DNA of 61,409 bases from Oscillospiraceae bacterium (GCA_015067245.1 SVMV01000001.1:1-61409); one strand, 5' to 3'; positions 1-9,113 are shown, counted from the stretch's first letter. Notes: generated from the sequence alone by a model not told the origin. Numbers and translations: made by a program.

Positions 1-851
1 TAAATGTACTGCAGCCAAACAGCACAAAGGTGCTGTCCAAGCTGGAAAACTGCTTGTTTATCCCTGCCTTGGTTATGGGCACATTTATCGAAAACTTTAC
101 CATAGACTGCCTTGGCGAAATGTGGAAGCTTATGGCAATAAGCGTTGCAATAGAGCTTTGTGTTATCCCTTTGGCCATTATAATTCCAAAGTTTTTAAGC
201 AAAGACAACTATCTGCAAAAAATCTCCACCTATGGCCTTGCAATCTCCAACTGGGGTTTTATGGGCAATGCTGTAATGCTGGGGCTGTTTCCTGAAATTT
301 TCTTTGAGTATATAATTTTCACCTTGCCTTTGTGGATTGTAAACTTTCTTTGGGCAATGCCTGCACTGCTTATTCCGCTTAAAGATAAACCAACCTTTAA
401 AGATAAGCTTAAAAATCTTGTAAATCCAATGTTCTGCGGTATGGTTATCGGTATGGCTATAGGCCTTTTGCAGATACCTGTGCCTGCGTTTTTAGTAAAT
501 GCCGTCAATGCCGCAGGCAGCTGTATGTCACCCATGGCAATGCTGCTTACAGGTATTGCGGTTTCTTCCATAAATCTTAAAGAAACCTTTACCGACATAA
601 AAATTTACACCCTTTGTTTTTTCCGCCTTATTGCAATACCTCTGGTTTTTTCGGCAGTTTTATCCTTGATACCTTTAAGCCGAATTGCATATATATGTGC
701 TGTGGTTTCTATCTCTATGCCGCTTGGTATGAATATTGTGGTTATCCCTGCTTCCTACGGCACAGAAAAGCCAATCTGCAGCGGCCTTGTAATTGTATCC
801 CACCTTTTATCCTGCATTACCCTGCCCATTCTGTTTTCAATATTTTTATAA
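1..851 (+). CDS. AEC (auxin efflux carrier) family permease, 5' end cut by window edge
   Basis: The frame of ORF 30..851 stays open back to nt 3 (..NVLQPNSTKVLSKLEN..). It aligns with the complete paralogue at 873..1808 (shared LSKLENxLFxPALVMGTFIE, LFPEIFFEY, NLVNPMF, CMSPxAMLLTGI). Polytopic hydrophobic profile. Confidence 0.85.
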   Translation, partial: NVLQPNSTKVLSKLENCLFIPALVMGTFIENFTIDCLGEMWKLMAISVAIELCVIPLAIIIPKFLSKDNYLQKISTYGLAISNWGFMGNAVMLGLFPEIFFEYIIFTLPLWIVNFLWAMPALLIPLKDKPTFKDKLKNLVNPMFCGMVIGMAIGLLQIPVPAFLVNAVNAAGSCMSPMAMLLTGIAVSSINLKETFTDIKIYTLCFFRLIAIPLVFSAVLSLIPLSRIAYICAVVSISMPLGMNIVVIPASYGTEKPICSGLVIVSHLLSCITLPILFSIFL

Positions 852-872
852 TTTATCTGACAATATTTTGCT

Positions 873-1808
873 ATGACTTTATTTTACCAGACCTTAACCC
901 AGACCTTACTGCTGCTCACCTTTGTGGCGGCGGGCTATATACTTGCCAAGGCAAAGGCTGTTGGCAGTGACAGCGTTGCTGTTTTATCCAAACTGGAAAA
1001 CTGGCTGTTTATGCCTGCTTTGGTTATGGGCACATTTATAGAAAAATTTACAGTAGAAACCATAAGCACCACCTGGAAGATACTGCTTGCAGGCTTTGCA
1101 GTGGAGATTGCTGTTATACCTTTGGCCGCACTTATCTGCCGCCTTGTTCTCAAAGACGATGAATATCTGCGCAAGATATCCGCATACGGTCTTGTTATCC
1201 CAAACTTTGGCTTTGTGGGCAACCCTATTATGCTTGCTTTGTTCCCCGAAATATTCTTTGAATATCTTATATTTACAATGCCTTTCTGGGTTGTGCAGCA
1301 GCTTTGGGCGGTGCCAAGATATCTTATACCAAACCAGGCAGGCAAAAAAGGCATATCTGCCACCCTTAAAAATCTTGTAAACCCAATGTTTTCAGGTATG
1401 CTTATAGGTATGGTAATAGGGCTTTTGCAGATACCGATGCCAAACTTTTTAACAGATGCCATAAAGGTATCGGGTGACTGTATGTCCCCTGTTGCAATGC
1501 TGCTTACAGGCATTACAGTTTCGGCAATTGACCTTAAAAAGACCTTTGCCGATTTAAAGATATACATACTCAGCATCGCAAGGCTTGTTGCCATTCCGCT
1601 GCTGTTTGCCACTGTTATGAACATTCTGGGCACAGGCCATACAACCTTTATCTGCGCTGTATGTGCTTTGGCAATGCCCCTTGGCACCAACAACATTATT
1701 GTGCCAAGCGCCTATGGGCTGGACACCAGTCACGCAGCAGGCATGGCGATAATCTCACATATAATGTGCTGTGTTACAATACCATTGGTGTTTATGATTA
1801 CGCTGTAA
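873..1808 (+). CDS. AEC family permease (tandem paralogue of the upstream gene)
   Basis: 311-aa ORF with ATG at 873. Multiple hydrophobic segments and the same motif set as the upstream gene. Confidence 0.9.
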   Translation: MTLFYQTLTQTLLLLTFVAAGYILAKAKAVGSDSVAVLSKLENWLFMPALVMGTFIEKFTVETISTTWKILLAGFAVEIAVIPLAALICRLVLKDDEYLRKISAYGLVIPNFGFVGNPIMLALFPEIFFEYLIFTMPFWVVQQLWAVPRYLIPNQAGKKGISATLKNLVNPMFSGMLIGMVIGLLQIPMPNFLTDAIKVSGDCMSPVAMLLTGITVSAIDLKKTFADLKIYILSIARLVAIPLLFATVMNILGTGHTTFICAVCALAMPLGTNNIIVPSAYGLDTSHAAGMAIISHIMCCVTIPLVFMITL

Positions 1809-1848
1809 TATCAAAGCAACTTTATTACGCTTAATTAATATAAAAAAT

Positions 1849-1932
1849 ATGTCATTCTGAGCGACAGCGAAGAATCCCTGTGTTTGATTTAACCAAGAGA
1901 TTCTTTGTCACATTCGTTTCTCAGAATGACAT
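1849..1932. repeat. ~83-bp nested-palindrome intergenic element, copy 1 of 3
   Basis: Perfect outer arms ATGTCATTCTGAG (1849-1861) / CTCAGAATGACAT (1920-1932). Inner arms CGAAGAATC / GATTCTTTG. A-rich left flank and T-rich right flank. Lies between convergent AEC and MATE genes. Near-identical arms recur at 10881 and 26903. Confidence 0.9.
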
Positions 1933-1946
1933 TTGTTTTTATATAG

Positions 1947-3341
1947 TTATTTACCTACACCATTATAAACCATTGCTCTGTGTTTCCATCTGCGGCGGTG
2001 ATATGCAATATATGTAATGAGCGCACCCATAAGCCAGCTTATCAGCAATGAAATAAAGATGCACTGATAAGAGCCTGTTGGCATTTCGGGTGTTCTTGTA
2101 AGGTATGCAATTGCATAAGCCAGCGGCACACGCACAACAACTGTTGTAAAGATAGAAATCCACATTGGGCTCATTGTGTCGCCAGCACCGCGCATTACAC
2201 CTGACAGGCACTGTGTAACAGCCATTGCAATGTAACCCACTGCCAGCACACGCATCATACGCATACTCAGATCAACCAGCTCGGCTGTATCGGTAAAGGC
2301 ATACATAAGTATATCGCCAAAAATAAGTATAATCACTGTAATGGTTGCAGAAACACCCATTGCAATGTATGTGCCCACCCTTGCACCTTCTTCCACACGG
2401 TCAAAACGGCGTGCACCAACGTTCTGGCCTGCATAGGTTGTAAGGGCTGTGCCAAAGCTGAAGTTCGGCATCATTGCAAAGCCGTCAACACGCATAATGA
2501 TAACGTTTGCAGCAATAACCATCTCGCCAAAGCTGTTGGTGAGAGACTGCACCATAACCATTGCCATGGAGAAAATTGCCTGTGTAAGACCTGATGGCAG
2601 ACCAAGTTTGATAACTTCGGAAGTATAGCGTTTTTCTGGCTTGAGCACTTTGAAATCAAGGTCAAAGATTTCACGCATTTTAAGCAGCTTGAACAGACAG
2701 CACACAGCGGAAATTGTCTGTGCAATAACCGTTGCCAAAGCAACGCCTGCTACCTCCATACCCAGCACTGCAACAAAGTAAATGTCCAGCACAATATTGA
2801 TAACAGTTGCTATAAGCAGATAAACAAGGGCCGAAACCGAGTCGCCCAGACCGCGCAGGATACCGCCAAGAATATTGTAAAAGGCAAGACCGCCGCCGCC
2901 CATCATCAGAATCATAAGATAGTCGTGGCACCAGCCTATAATCGACTGCGGCGTACCAAGCAGATTGAGTATAGGATCAACAGCAAAATAAGCCACAACC
3001 ATAATCAGAAGTGTTGATATAGCTGTAAGGGTAATACAGTTACCAATGGTTTTGGAAAGGTTTTCCCTTTCCTTTGCGCCAAAATACTGGCTTACCATAA
3101 TACCAGCACCTGTGGATATACCCACAAACAGCACAAGCAGCAGGTTGAATATTGGCCCTGCCGAGCCTACAGCCGCCAAGGCATTATCGCCCACATATTT
3201 GCCAACCACAATGCTGTCCACAGTATTGTAAAGCTGCTGTGCAATGTTGCCTATAAGCATTGGAACTGTAAAAAGTATTATCTTTTTTGCAGGGGAGCCC
3301 TCGGTCATGTCCGACGGCGCAAACAATGCTTTAATGTTCAA
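1947..3341 (-). CDS. MATE family efflux transporter
   Basis: ORF 1947..3365. MATE hallmark N-terminus (KKIILFTVPMLIGNIAQQLYNTVDSIVVGKYVG) and about 12 hydrophobic segments. Start set at TTG 3341, 7 nt after GGAGG; ATG 3308 is the alternative. Confidence 0.9.
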   Translation of the reverse strand: MNIKALFAPSDMTEGSPAKKIILFTVPMLIGNIAQQLYNTVDSIVVGKYVGDNALAAVGSAGPIFNLLLVLFVGISTGAGIMVSQYFGAKERENLSKTIGNCITLTAISTLLIMVVAYFAVDPILNLLGTPQSIIGWCHDYLMILMMGGGGLAFYNILGGILRGLGDSVSALVYLLIATVINIVLDIYFVAVLGMEVAGVALATVIAQTISAVCCLFKLLKMREIFDLDFKVLKPEKRYTSEVIKLGLPSGLTQAIFSMAMVMVQSLTNSFGEMVIAANVIIMRVDGFAMMPNFSFGTALTTYAGQNVGARRFDRVEEGARVGTYIAMGVSATITVIILIFGDILMYAFTDTAELVDLSMRMMRVLAVGYIAMAVTQCLSGVMRGAGDTMSPMWISIFTTVVVRVPLAYAIAYLTRTPEMPTGSYQCIFISLLISWLMGALITYIAYHRRRWKHRAMVYNGVGK

Positions 3342-3435
3342 AGCTTTTCCTCCATATATAATCAATTTTATAAAATATAATTTATCAGCAATTTATTATT
3401 TTATCCCTTTTCACAATTAATTGCAATATATATGC

Positions 3436-3472
3436 ACAAAAAAATCGCTGTGACAGTTAAATCACAGCGATT
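3436..3472 (-). terminator. intrinsic terminator of the SLC13 gene
   Basis: 11-bp stem AATCGCTGTGA (3443-3453) / TCACAGCGATT (3462-3472). On the minus strand it is followed by a T-run (complement of the A-run at 3436-3442). Confidence 0.75.
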
Positions 3473-3478
3473 GTACCT

Positions 3479-4753
3479 TTAAATAAGCCCATAACCAAAC
3501 ACAAGGCAAACCCATGCAGTTGCCGCACCGATAAGGCCAACAAGACCGCCTATGCGCAGATAATCTTTAAAACGGTATCCTGCAACCTGCACAATTGTAA
3601 TTGAGGTTGTTGCAACAGGTGTTGCCATTGCCAGCGAACAACCGTATACACAGGCAAGTGCAATAGGCATTGGATTGCAGCCAATCTGCATTGCCAACGG
3701 TATACCAATTGCCGCAAGCATGGAAACCAGTGAACCATTGGACATAAACTGAGAAAGAACAAAACCTGTAAGCAGGAATATTGTAACCAATGCAACAGGG
3801 TTTGTAACAACCTTTTCAAAGTTTTTCATAAGGAAGTTTATTATAACCTCCCCCGCACCTGACGATACAAAACCTTTTGCCATTGCCAGTGCTGCACCCA
3901 GCACAAGCACAGCAGACCACTGCATATCACGCATTGCTTTTTTGCCGTCCACACAACCTGTCATAACCAGCACAAGCGCACCTGTAACTGCAATAAGGCC
4001 GATATCCCAGCCAAAAGGTCTTATCATAAACAAAATTATACATACAAGGAACACTGTTATGGATATTATGGCTTTACGCCTGTCAATTTCGCCGTCAGGC
4101 AGTTTTTTTCCGCCGTCGGTTATCTCTTCAAAGTCAAAGCTTTTTTTCATAAAATCATAGAAAAACAGCCAGAAGCATACTGCAATAACCAGCACCATTG
4201 CAATTGCTATAGGCGCTGTGGTAAAAAAGCCCATTGTTTCCACACCCATATACTCCAGCACTTCGTTTGCCAGCAACGGTGCAGTGCAGCCTGCAAGAGA
4301 ACCTGTACCGCCTACAAGAGAACCCATTGCCAAAGGCAGATATGTATTTTTCTTGGTTATTCGTCCCCTGGATGCCACCGCAATTGAGGCTATAAATGGC
4401 ATATAAAGTGCAACAATTGCCGAGTTGTTTGCAAAGGCAGAGAACAGTGCTGCTGAAAGGAAAACCACCACAACAAAAAGCTTTTCCCTGTGGCCTACAA
4501 CTTTAGTAAGCATAACACCTATCTCGTTGCCCACACCGCTTTCCAGTATTGCATCTGCAATGATAATCATCCCTATTGTAAGCAGCGCAGGCGTGCTGGC
4601 AAAGCAGGCAAACGCATCGGAAAATCCCAGGACATTTGCATATACCAGCGCAAGCATACCGATAATCGATGTTACCGCAACAGAAAAAATCTCGGTAATG
4701 TACATAACTATTACCACGCCGATTATAATCAACGCTATTGTACTTTGTTCCAT
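3479..4753 (-). CDS. SLC13/DASS (CitT/ArsB-superfamily) anion permease
   Basis: ORF 3479..4846. ATG at 4753 is preceded by AGAGGAG. Polytopic, with the duplicated-half architecture typical of SLC13 permeases (FANNSAIVAL.., FMSNGSLVSMLAAIGIPLA). Confidence 0.8.
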   Translation of the reverse strand: MEQSTIALIIIGVVIVMYITEIFSVAVTSIIGMLALVYANVLGFSDAFACFASTPALLTIGMIIIADAILESGVGNEIGVMLTKVVGHREKLFVVVVFLSAALFSAFANNSAIVALYMPFIASIAVASRGRITKKNTYLPLAMGSLVGGTGSLAGCTAPLLANEVLEYMGVETMGFFTTAPIAIAMVLVIAVCFWLFFYDFMKKSFDFEEITDGGKKLPDGEIDRRKAIISITVFLVCIILFMIRPFGWDIGLIAVTGALVLVMTGCVDGKKAMRDMQWSAVLVLGAALAMAKGFVSSGAGEVIINFLMKNFEKVVTNPVALVTIFLLTGFVLSQFMSNGSLVSMLAAIGIPLAMQIGCNPMPIALACVYGCSLAMATPVATTSITIVQVAGYRFKDYLRIGGLVGLIGAATAWVCLVFGYGLI

Positions 4754-4924
4754 AAAAAGCACTCCTCTTATGTTTATTGCCTGTGGTTTATGCGAGGAGA
4801 TTTTGCCAAATCTGAATATCATAAACCATATAATAAAATGGTACAATTTAATTTGCTCTTTGTCAAACGCAGCCAGAATTAATTCACATTTTAATCACGT
4901 TTGCACACATGTGATTTTATCACC

Positions 4925-4953
4925 TTGCCAAATATATAACAATATGATAAAAT
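4925..4953 (+). promoter_or_regulatory. candidate sigma-A promoter for the 5186-7808 operon
   Basis: TTGCCA (4925-4930), a 17-nt spacer, then TAAAAT (4948-4953). This would give a ~225-nt leader. Confidence 0.35.
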
Positions 4954-5118
4954 ATATTTGTCCAAATTCAAAGAGTTTCTGAGAACAGGATTAAAAATTC
5001 ATATCGTACTGCAACTGTTGGGTACGCCCCGACATTAAAGGCGAAGAAATCAAGTTTATACTGCGGATTTTGTTTTTGAAAGTTTTTTCTATCATAAATA
5101 TTTTCCGCCACCTTTGTT

Positions 5119-5144
5119 TCCATGCCTTTGGCATGGATTTTTTT
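5119..5144 (+). terminator. terminator-like hairpin inside a 5' leader (candidate attenuator)
   Basis: CCATGCC (5120-5126), loop TTT, GGCATGG (5130-5136), then a run of 7 T. It lies 42 nt upstream of the ATG at 5186. No plus-strand gene ends upstream, so it is not an ordinary 3' terminator. Confidence 0.5.
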
Positions 5145-5185
5145 ACTTTATTGATATGAATAATTCATTTAAAAGGAGGTATTTT

Positions 5186-5437
5186 ATGGAAAACAGAATA
5201 TCTGTAGTCAGCATTATTGTTGAAGAACTGGACGCAACTTCTGTTATCAATTCCCTCTTGCATGAATACGGACAATACATAGTGGGCAGAATGGGCATTC
5301 CCTACCGTGAGAAAGGCGTTTCCATCATCTGTGTGGTGCTTGATGCACCAAACGATGTAACAAGCAGTCTTTCAGGTAAGCTTGGAATGATAAAAGGCGT
5401 CAAAGCCAAAACCGTTACTGCAAAACAAACAAATTAA
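5186..5437 (+). CDS. small ACT/NikR-C-like protein, TM1266 ('iron-only hydrogenase system regulator') family
   Basis: ATG 5186 is 8 nt after AAAGGAGG. The 83-aa product MENRISVVSIIVEE..LLHEYGQYIVGRMGIPYREKGVSIICVVLDAPNDV.SSLSGKLGMIKGV matches the family pattern as I recall it (GRMGIPYRE.GVS.I). Confidence 0.65.
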   Translation: MENRISVVSIIVEELDATSVINSLLHEYGQYIVGRMGIPYREKGVSIICVVLDAPNDVTSSLSGKLGMIKGVKAKTVTAKQTN

Positions 5438-5451
5438 GAAAGGCAAACATC

Positions 5452-6465
5452 ATGAAAAAATTCTTATCTGTTATCATGTCCGCTGTGCTGCTTTGCGGCG
5501 CACTTACAGCCTGCTCCTCTGCACCTGCTGCAGAAGCAGAACCAACACCAGAGCCAGCCCCTGAGGTTGTGGAAGGTATCGACATCAACATTGCTGGTAT
5601 GAGCGGTCCTACATCTATGGGCCTTGTTTCCATGCTGGACAAGGCTTCAAAAGGCGAAACTGTAAACAACTACAACTTTACACTTGCAGGCGCTGCTGAC
5701 GAAATTACACCGCTCCTTGTAAAAGGCGAACTTGATATTGCTGCTGTACCTGCAAACCTTGCATCTGTTCTTTTCAACAATACTGAGGGCAAAATCCAGA
5801 TTCTTGCTGTCAACAACCTTGGTGTTCTCTATGTTGTGGAACAGGGCGAAACAATCAAAAGCTTTGCCGACCTTAAAGGCAAAACAATCTATTCCACAGG
5901 CAAAGGCACAACACCTGAATATGCACTTAACTATCTGCTGACACAGAACGGCGTTGACCCTGCAGCAGATGTGACAATCGAATGGAAAAGCGAAGCAACA
6001 GAAATTGTTGCAGTGCTTAAACAGAACCCTGATGCAATTGCAGTGCTTCCACAGCCATTTGTAACAGTTGCTCAGACACAGGTTGAAGGCCTTAACGTTG
6101 CTCTCAGCTTCAATGACGAATGGAACGCACTGGGCAATGGCAGCAGCCTTGTAACAGGTGTTATCGTTGCAAGAAAAGCCTTTGTGGAAGAAAATCCTGC
6201 ACAGGTTAGCGCTTTCCTTGATGAATTTAAAGCATCCACAGAATTTATCAACACAAATGTCAGCGAAGGTGCTGCTCTTGTTGAAGCTATCGGCATTGTA
6301 AAAGCTGCTGTTGCAGCAAAAGCTATTCCAAACTGCAACATTCAGTTTATGGAAGGCGCAGAAATGAAAACTGTTGTAAGCGGTTATCTGCAGACATTGT
6401 TTGACCAGAATCCAAAAGCTGTAGGCGGTGCAATGCCAACAGACGAATTCTACTACTCAAGATAA
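5452..6465 (+). CDS. ABC transporter substrate-binding lipoprotein (NMT1/THI5- or SsuA/TauA-like)
   Basis: Signal peptide with lipobox LTAC (MKKFLSVIMSAVLLCGALTAC), then an Ala/Pro/Glu linker. Followed by permease and ATPase genes. Confidence 0.8.
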   Translation: MKKFLSVIMSAVLLCGALTACSSAPAAEAEPTPEPAPEVVEGIDINIAGMSGPTSMGLVSMLDKASKGETVNNYNFTLAGAADEITPLLVKGELDIAAVPANLASVLFNNTEGKIQILAVNNLGVLYVVEQGETIKSFADLKGKTIYSTGKGTTPEYALNYLLTQNGVDPAADVTIEWKSEATEIVAVLKQNPDAIAVLPQPFVTVAQTQVEGLNVALSFNDEWNALGNGSSLVTGVIVARKAFVEENPAQVSAFLDEFKASTEFINTNVSEGAALVEAIGIVKAAVAAKAIPNCNIQFMEGAEMKTVVSGYLQTLFDQNPKAVGGAMPTDEFYYSR

Positions 6466-6468
6466 TTT

Positions 6469-7221
6469 ATGAAAAACAAATCAAAAATTGAAAAATTAAT
6501 GGCCGTTGCCGCAGCGCTTTTGCTGTGGCAGCTGGCAAGTGTAATAATAGGCGAAGAAGTGCTGCTGGTATCACCTTTAAAGGTTTTAGTGCGTTTAAGC
6601 CATCTTGTTTTTGAAAAGGCATTTTACAGTGCAGTAGCTTTCAGTTTTGTAAGGATAACCTTTGGTTTTGTTCTTGCTGTTATTGCTGGTTGTGTCTTTG
6701 CGACAGCCGCTTATCGCTGGCACACAGCTGAAGTGTTTTTGTGGCCGTATATGTCGGTAATAAAGGCAACCCCTGTGGCTTCCTTTATCATACTGTGCCT
6801 TATATGGCTCACTTCATCTTCCCTGCCGATATTTATTGCGTTTTTAATGGCCTTGCCAATTATATATACCAATGTGCTGGCAGGCTTTAAAAGCACCGAT
6901 AAAAAGCTGCTGCAGATGGCGGATATTTTTCGTTTTTCTTTCTCCAAAAAACTTAAATACATCTATCTGCCAAGCTTAAAACCGCATTTTCTTTCGGCAT
7001 GTTCTGTTGCATTGGGCCTTACCTGGAAAGCAGGCATTGCCGCCGAAATTATAGGTATTCCTGACGGCAGTATGGGCGAAATGCTTTACAATGCAAAGCT
7101 TTATCTTGCCACAGCAGACCTTTTCAGCTGGACGGTGACAATAGTTTGTGTAAGCATACTGTTTGAAAAACTGTTTATGAAGCTGATAAATGCAGCATTT
7201 GACAGACTGGAGGGTTTATAA
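6469..7221 (+). CDS. ABC transporter permease (NitT/TauT family type)
   Basis: 250 aa with about 6 hydrophobic segments. Starts 4 nt after the SBP gene stop, and its stop overlaps the ATPase start. Confidence 0.85.
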   Translation: MKNKSKIEKLMAVAAALLLWQLASVIIGEEVLLVSPLKVLVRLSHLVFEKAFYSAVAFSFVRITFGFVLAVIAGCVFATAAYRWHTAEVFLWPYMSVIKATPVASFIILCLIWLTSSSLPIFIAFLMALPIIYTNVLAGFKSTDKKLLQMADIFRFSFSKKLKYIYLPSLKPHFLSACSVALGLTWKAGIAAEIIGIPDGSMGEMLYNAKLYLATADLFSWTVTIVCVSILFEKLFMKLINAAFDRLEGL

Positions 7222-7808
7222 TGGATATTGTTATAAAAGACTTATGTAAATCCTACGGTGAAACTGCAGTTCTTAAACAGCTTAATGCTGTCATAGAAAA
7301 AGGCAGAATTACCTGTCTTATGGGGCAAAGCGGTGTGGGCAAAACCACTTTGCTCAATATACTTATGGGCTTTGAAAAGGCTGACAGCGGTGCTGTTGAA
7401 AATCTGCCGCAGATTAAAGCCGCAGTATTTCAGGAAAACCGTCTTTGCGAAAGCTTTACCGCTTTTACAAATGTAAAAATCGCAAATGACAGTTTAACAG
7501 ACAGCACAATAACAGCACATCTGTGCCAGGTTGGGCTTGGTGAGGCAGTAAACCAGAAGGTATCCACCTTAAGCGGCGGTATGAAGCGCCGTGTTGCACT
7601 TGTAAGGGCTGTGCTGGCAGAAAAGGAAATACTTTTTCTTGACGAACCTTTTAAAGGCCTTGATGAAGATACAAAAGCTGTTGTTACACAGTATCTTTTG
7701 CAGCATACAAAAGACACAACCGTTGTTATGGTAACCCACGATATAAACGAGTCTCAAAGCCTTGGGGCAAAAGTCCTTTACCTTAAAGACGGTCAGATTA
7801 CAGTTTGA
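7221..7808 (+). CDS. ABC transporter ATP-binding protein
   Basis: Walker A GQSGVGKTT, signature LSGGMKRR, Walker B ILFLDEP, and an H-loop (VTHD). Confidence 0.95.
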   Translation: MDIVIKDLCKSYGETAVLKQLNAVIEKGRITCLMGQSGVGKTTLLNILMGFEKADSGAVENLPQIKAAVFQENRLCESFTAFTNVKIANDSLTDSTITAHLCQVGLGEAVNQKVSTLSGGMKRRVALVRAVLAEKEILFLDEPFKGLDEDTKAVVTQYLLQHTKDTTVVMVTHDINESQSLGAKVLYLKDGQITV

Positions 7809-7873
7809 CAATTTTTGATATAATATTACATTTAGTTTATATAAACCTCTGAAAAAACACAAAACTGATTTAA

Positions 7874-7911
7874 AACTCCTCTGCACCTCCTGAGCAGAGG
7901 AGTTGTTTTTT
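7874..7911 (+). terminator. intrinsic terminator of the ABC operon
   Basis: AACTCCTCTGC (7874-7884) / GCAGAGGAGTT (7894-7904), followed by GTTTTTT. Confidence 0.85.
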
Positions 7912-8027
7912 GCTCCTGCATAAGCATTGGTTCAATAATATTTATCTGTATTGCAAATTTGTGCAGTTTCATATACAATAACTGATAATACAAGTTTTAT
8001 CTTTATAAGGAGAAGTTATATAGTCAG

Positions 8028-9113
8028 ATGAAATATGTTATTGACAGACAAAACGGACAAAGCGCATATATCCAGCTGTATCATCAGCTGCGTGAAGATA
8101 TTGTAAAAGGCGTTTACCCTTACGGCAGCAAGATGCCCAGCAAGCGCCTGCTGGCGGAAGAAAGTGATGTGAGCGTTATCACCATAGAACACGCCTACAC
8201 TATTTTATGCGAAGAAGGCTACACCGAAGCACGCCAGCGCAGCGGCTACTTTGTGGTTTACCGCCAGAACGATTTCAATTCTGCGGGTGAAAGTGCCGCA
8301 CCACATACAGTGACCGCTGCTAAGCACAGTACAAAAAACGAATTTCCCTTTTCTGTGCTGGCAAAAACAATGCGCAAAGTTCTGGCAGACTACGGTGACA
8401 GCATTCTTATAAAATCTGACAACTGCGGCTGCAGTCAGCTGCGCAGTGCCATATCAGCATATCTTGCACGCAGCAACGGCATTCAGGTAAAGCCTCAGCA
8501 GATTATTATCGGCGCAGGGGCAGAATACCTGTACGGGCTTATTGTTCAGCTGCTGGGCAAAAACCGCATATTTGCTCTGGAAGACCCAAGCTACAGCCAG
8601 ATAAAGCAGGTGTACCGTGCCAATGGCGTTAAATGTGATATGCTTAAAATGGGTTCTGACGGTATTAAAACCAGCGAGCTTAACCGCACAGGCGCAACCG
8701 TGCTGCATATAACACCTTTTAACAGCTATCCAAGCGGCGTTACCGCAAGAGTATCCAAACGGTACGAATATCTGCAGTGGGCACATGATAAGGGCGGATA
8801 TATAATAGAAGACAACTTTGACTCGGAACTTACTGTTTCTTCAAAAAATGAAGACACTGTTTTTTCTTTGGCAAACAAAGGCAATGTTATATACATAAAC
8901 ACTTTTTCTCAGACAATTGCGCCGTCAATGCGTGTTGGTTATATGGTGCTGCCTGCCGAAATGGTAAACACTTTCCAAGAAAAACTGGGGTTTTATTCCT
9001 GCACTGTACCTGTTTTTGAGCAGTATGTACTGGCAGAGCTGATAAATAACGGCGACTTTGAAAGAAACATCAACCGCATAAGAAGAATGAGAAGAAAAAA
9101 CAAGCAGTTTTAA
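8028..9113 (+). CDS. GntR/MocR (PdxR-like) regulator with a degenerate, C-terminally short aminotransferase-like domain
   Basis: N-terminal GntR wHTH (PSKRLLAEESDVSVITIEHAYTILCEEGY). Fold-type-I aminotransferase-like motifs are present (HITPFNSYPSGV, IIEDNFDSEL, TFSQTIAPSMRVGYMVLP). It is 361 aa, against about 450-480 aa for typical MocR proteins. Confidence 0.85.
   Translation: MKYVIDRQNGQSAYIQLYHQLREDIVKGVYPYGSKMPSKRLLAEESDVSVITIEHAYTILCEEGYTEARQRSGYFVVYRQNDFNSAGESAAPHTVTAAKHSTKNEFPFSVLAKTMRKVLADYGDSILIKSDNCGCSQLRSAISAYLARSNGIQVKPQQIIIGAGAEYLYGLIVQLLGKNRIFALEDPSYSQIKQVYRANGVKCDMLKMGSDGIKTSELNRTGATVLHITPFNSYPSGVTARVSKRYEYLQWAHDKGGYIIEDNFDSELTVSSKNEDTVFSLANKGNVIYINTFSQTIAPSMRVGYMVLPAEMVNTFQEKLGFYSCTVPVFEQYVLAELINNGDFERNINRIRRMRRKNKQF

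Noticed and set aside
4979-4984. A CTGAGA hexamer in the 5186-operon leader hinted at a TPP riboswitch, since the NMT1/THI5-type SBP sits downstream.
   Set aside because: The other invariant THI-box parts are absent: the 5' GGGG..C stem, ACCTGA and the CCAGCG..GGGA pyrophosphate-sensing helix. The hexamer alone is not evidence.
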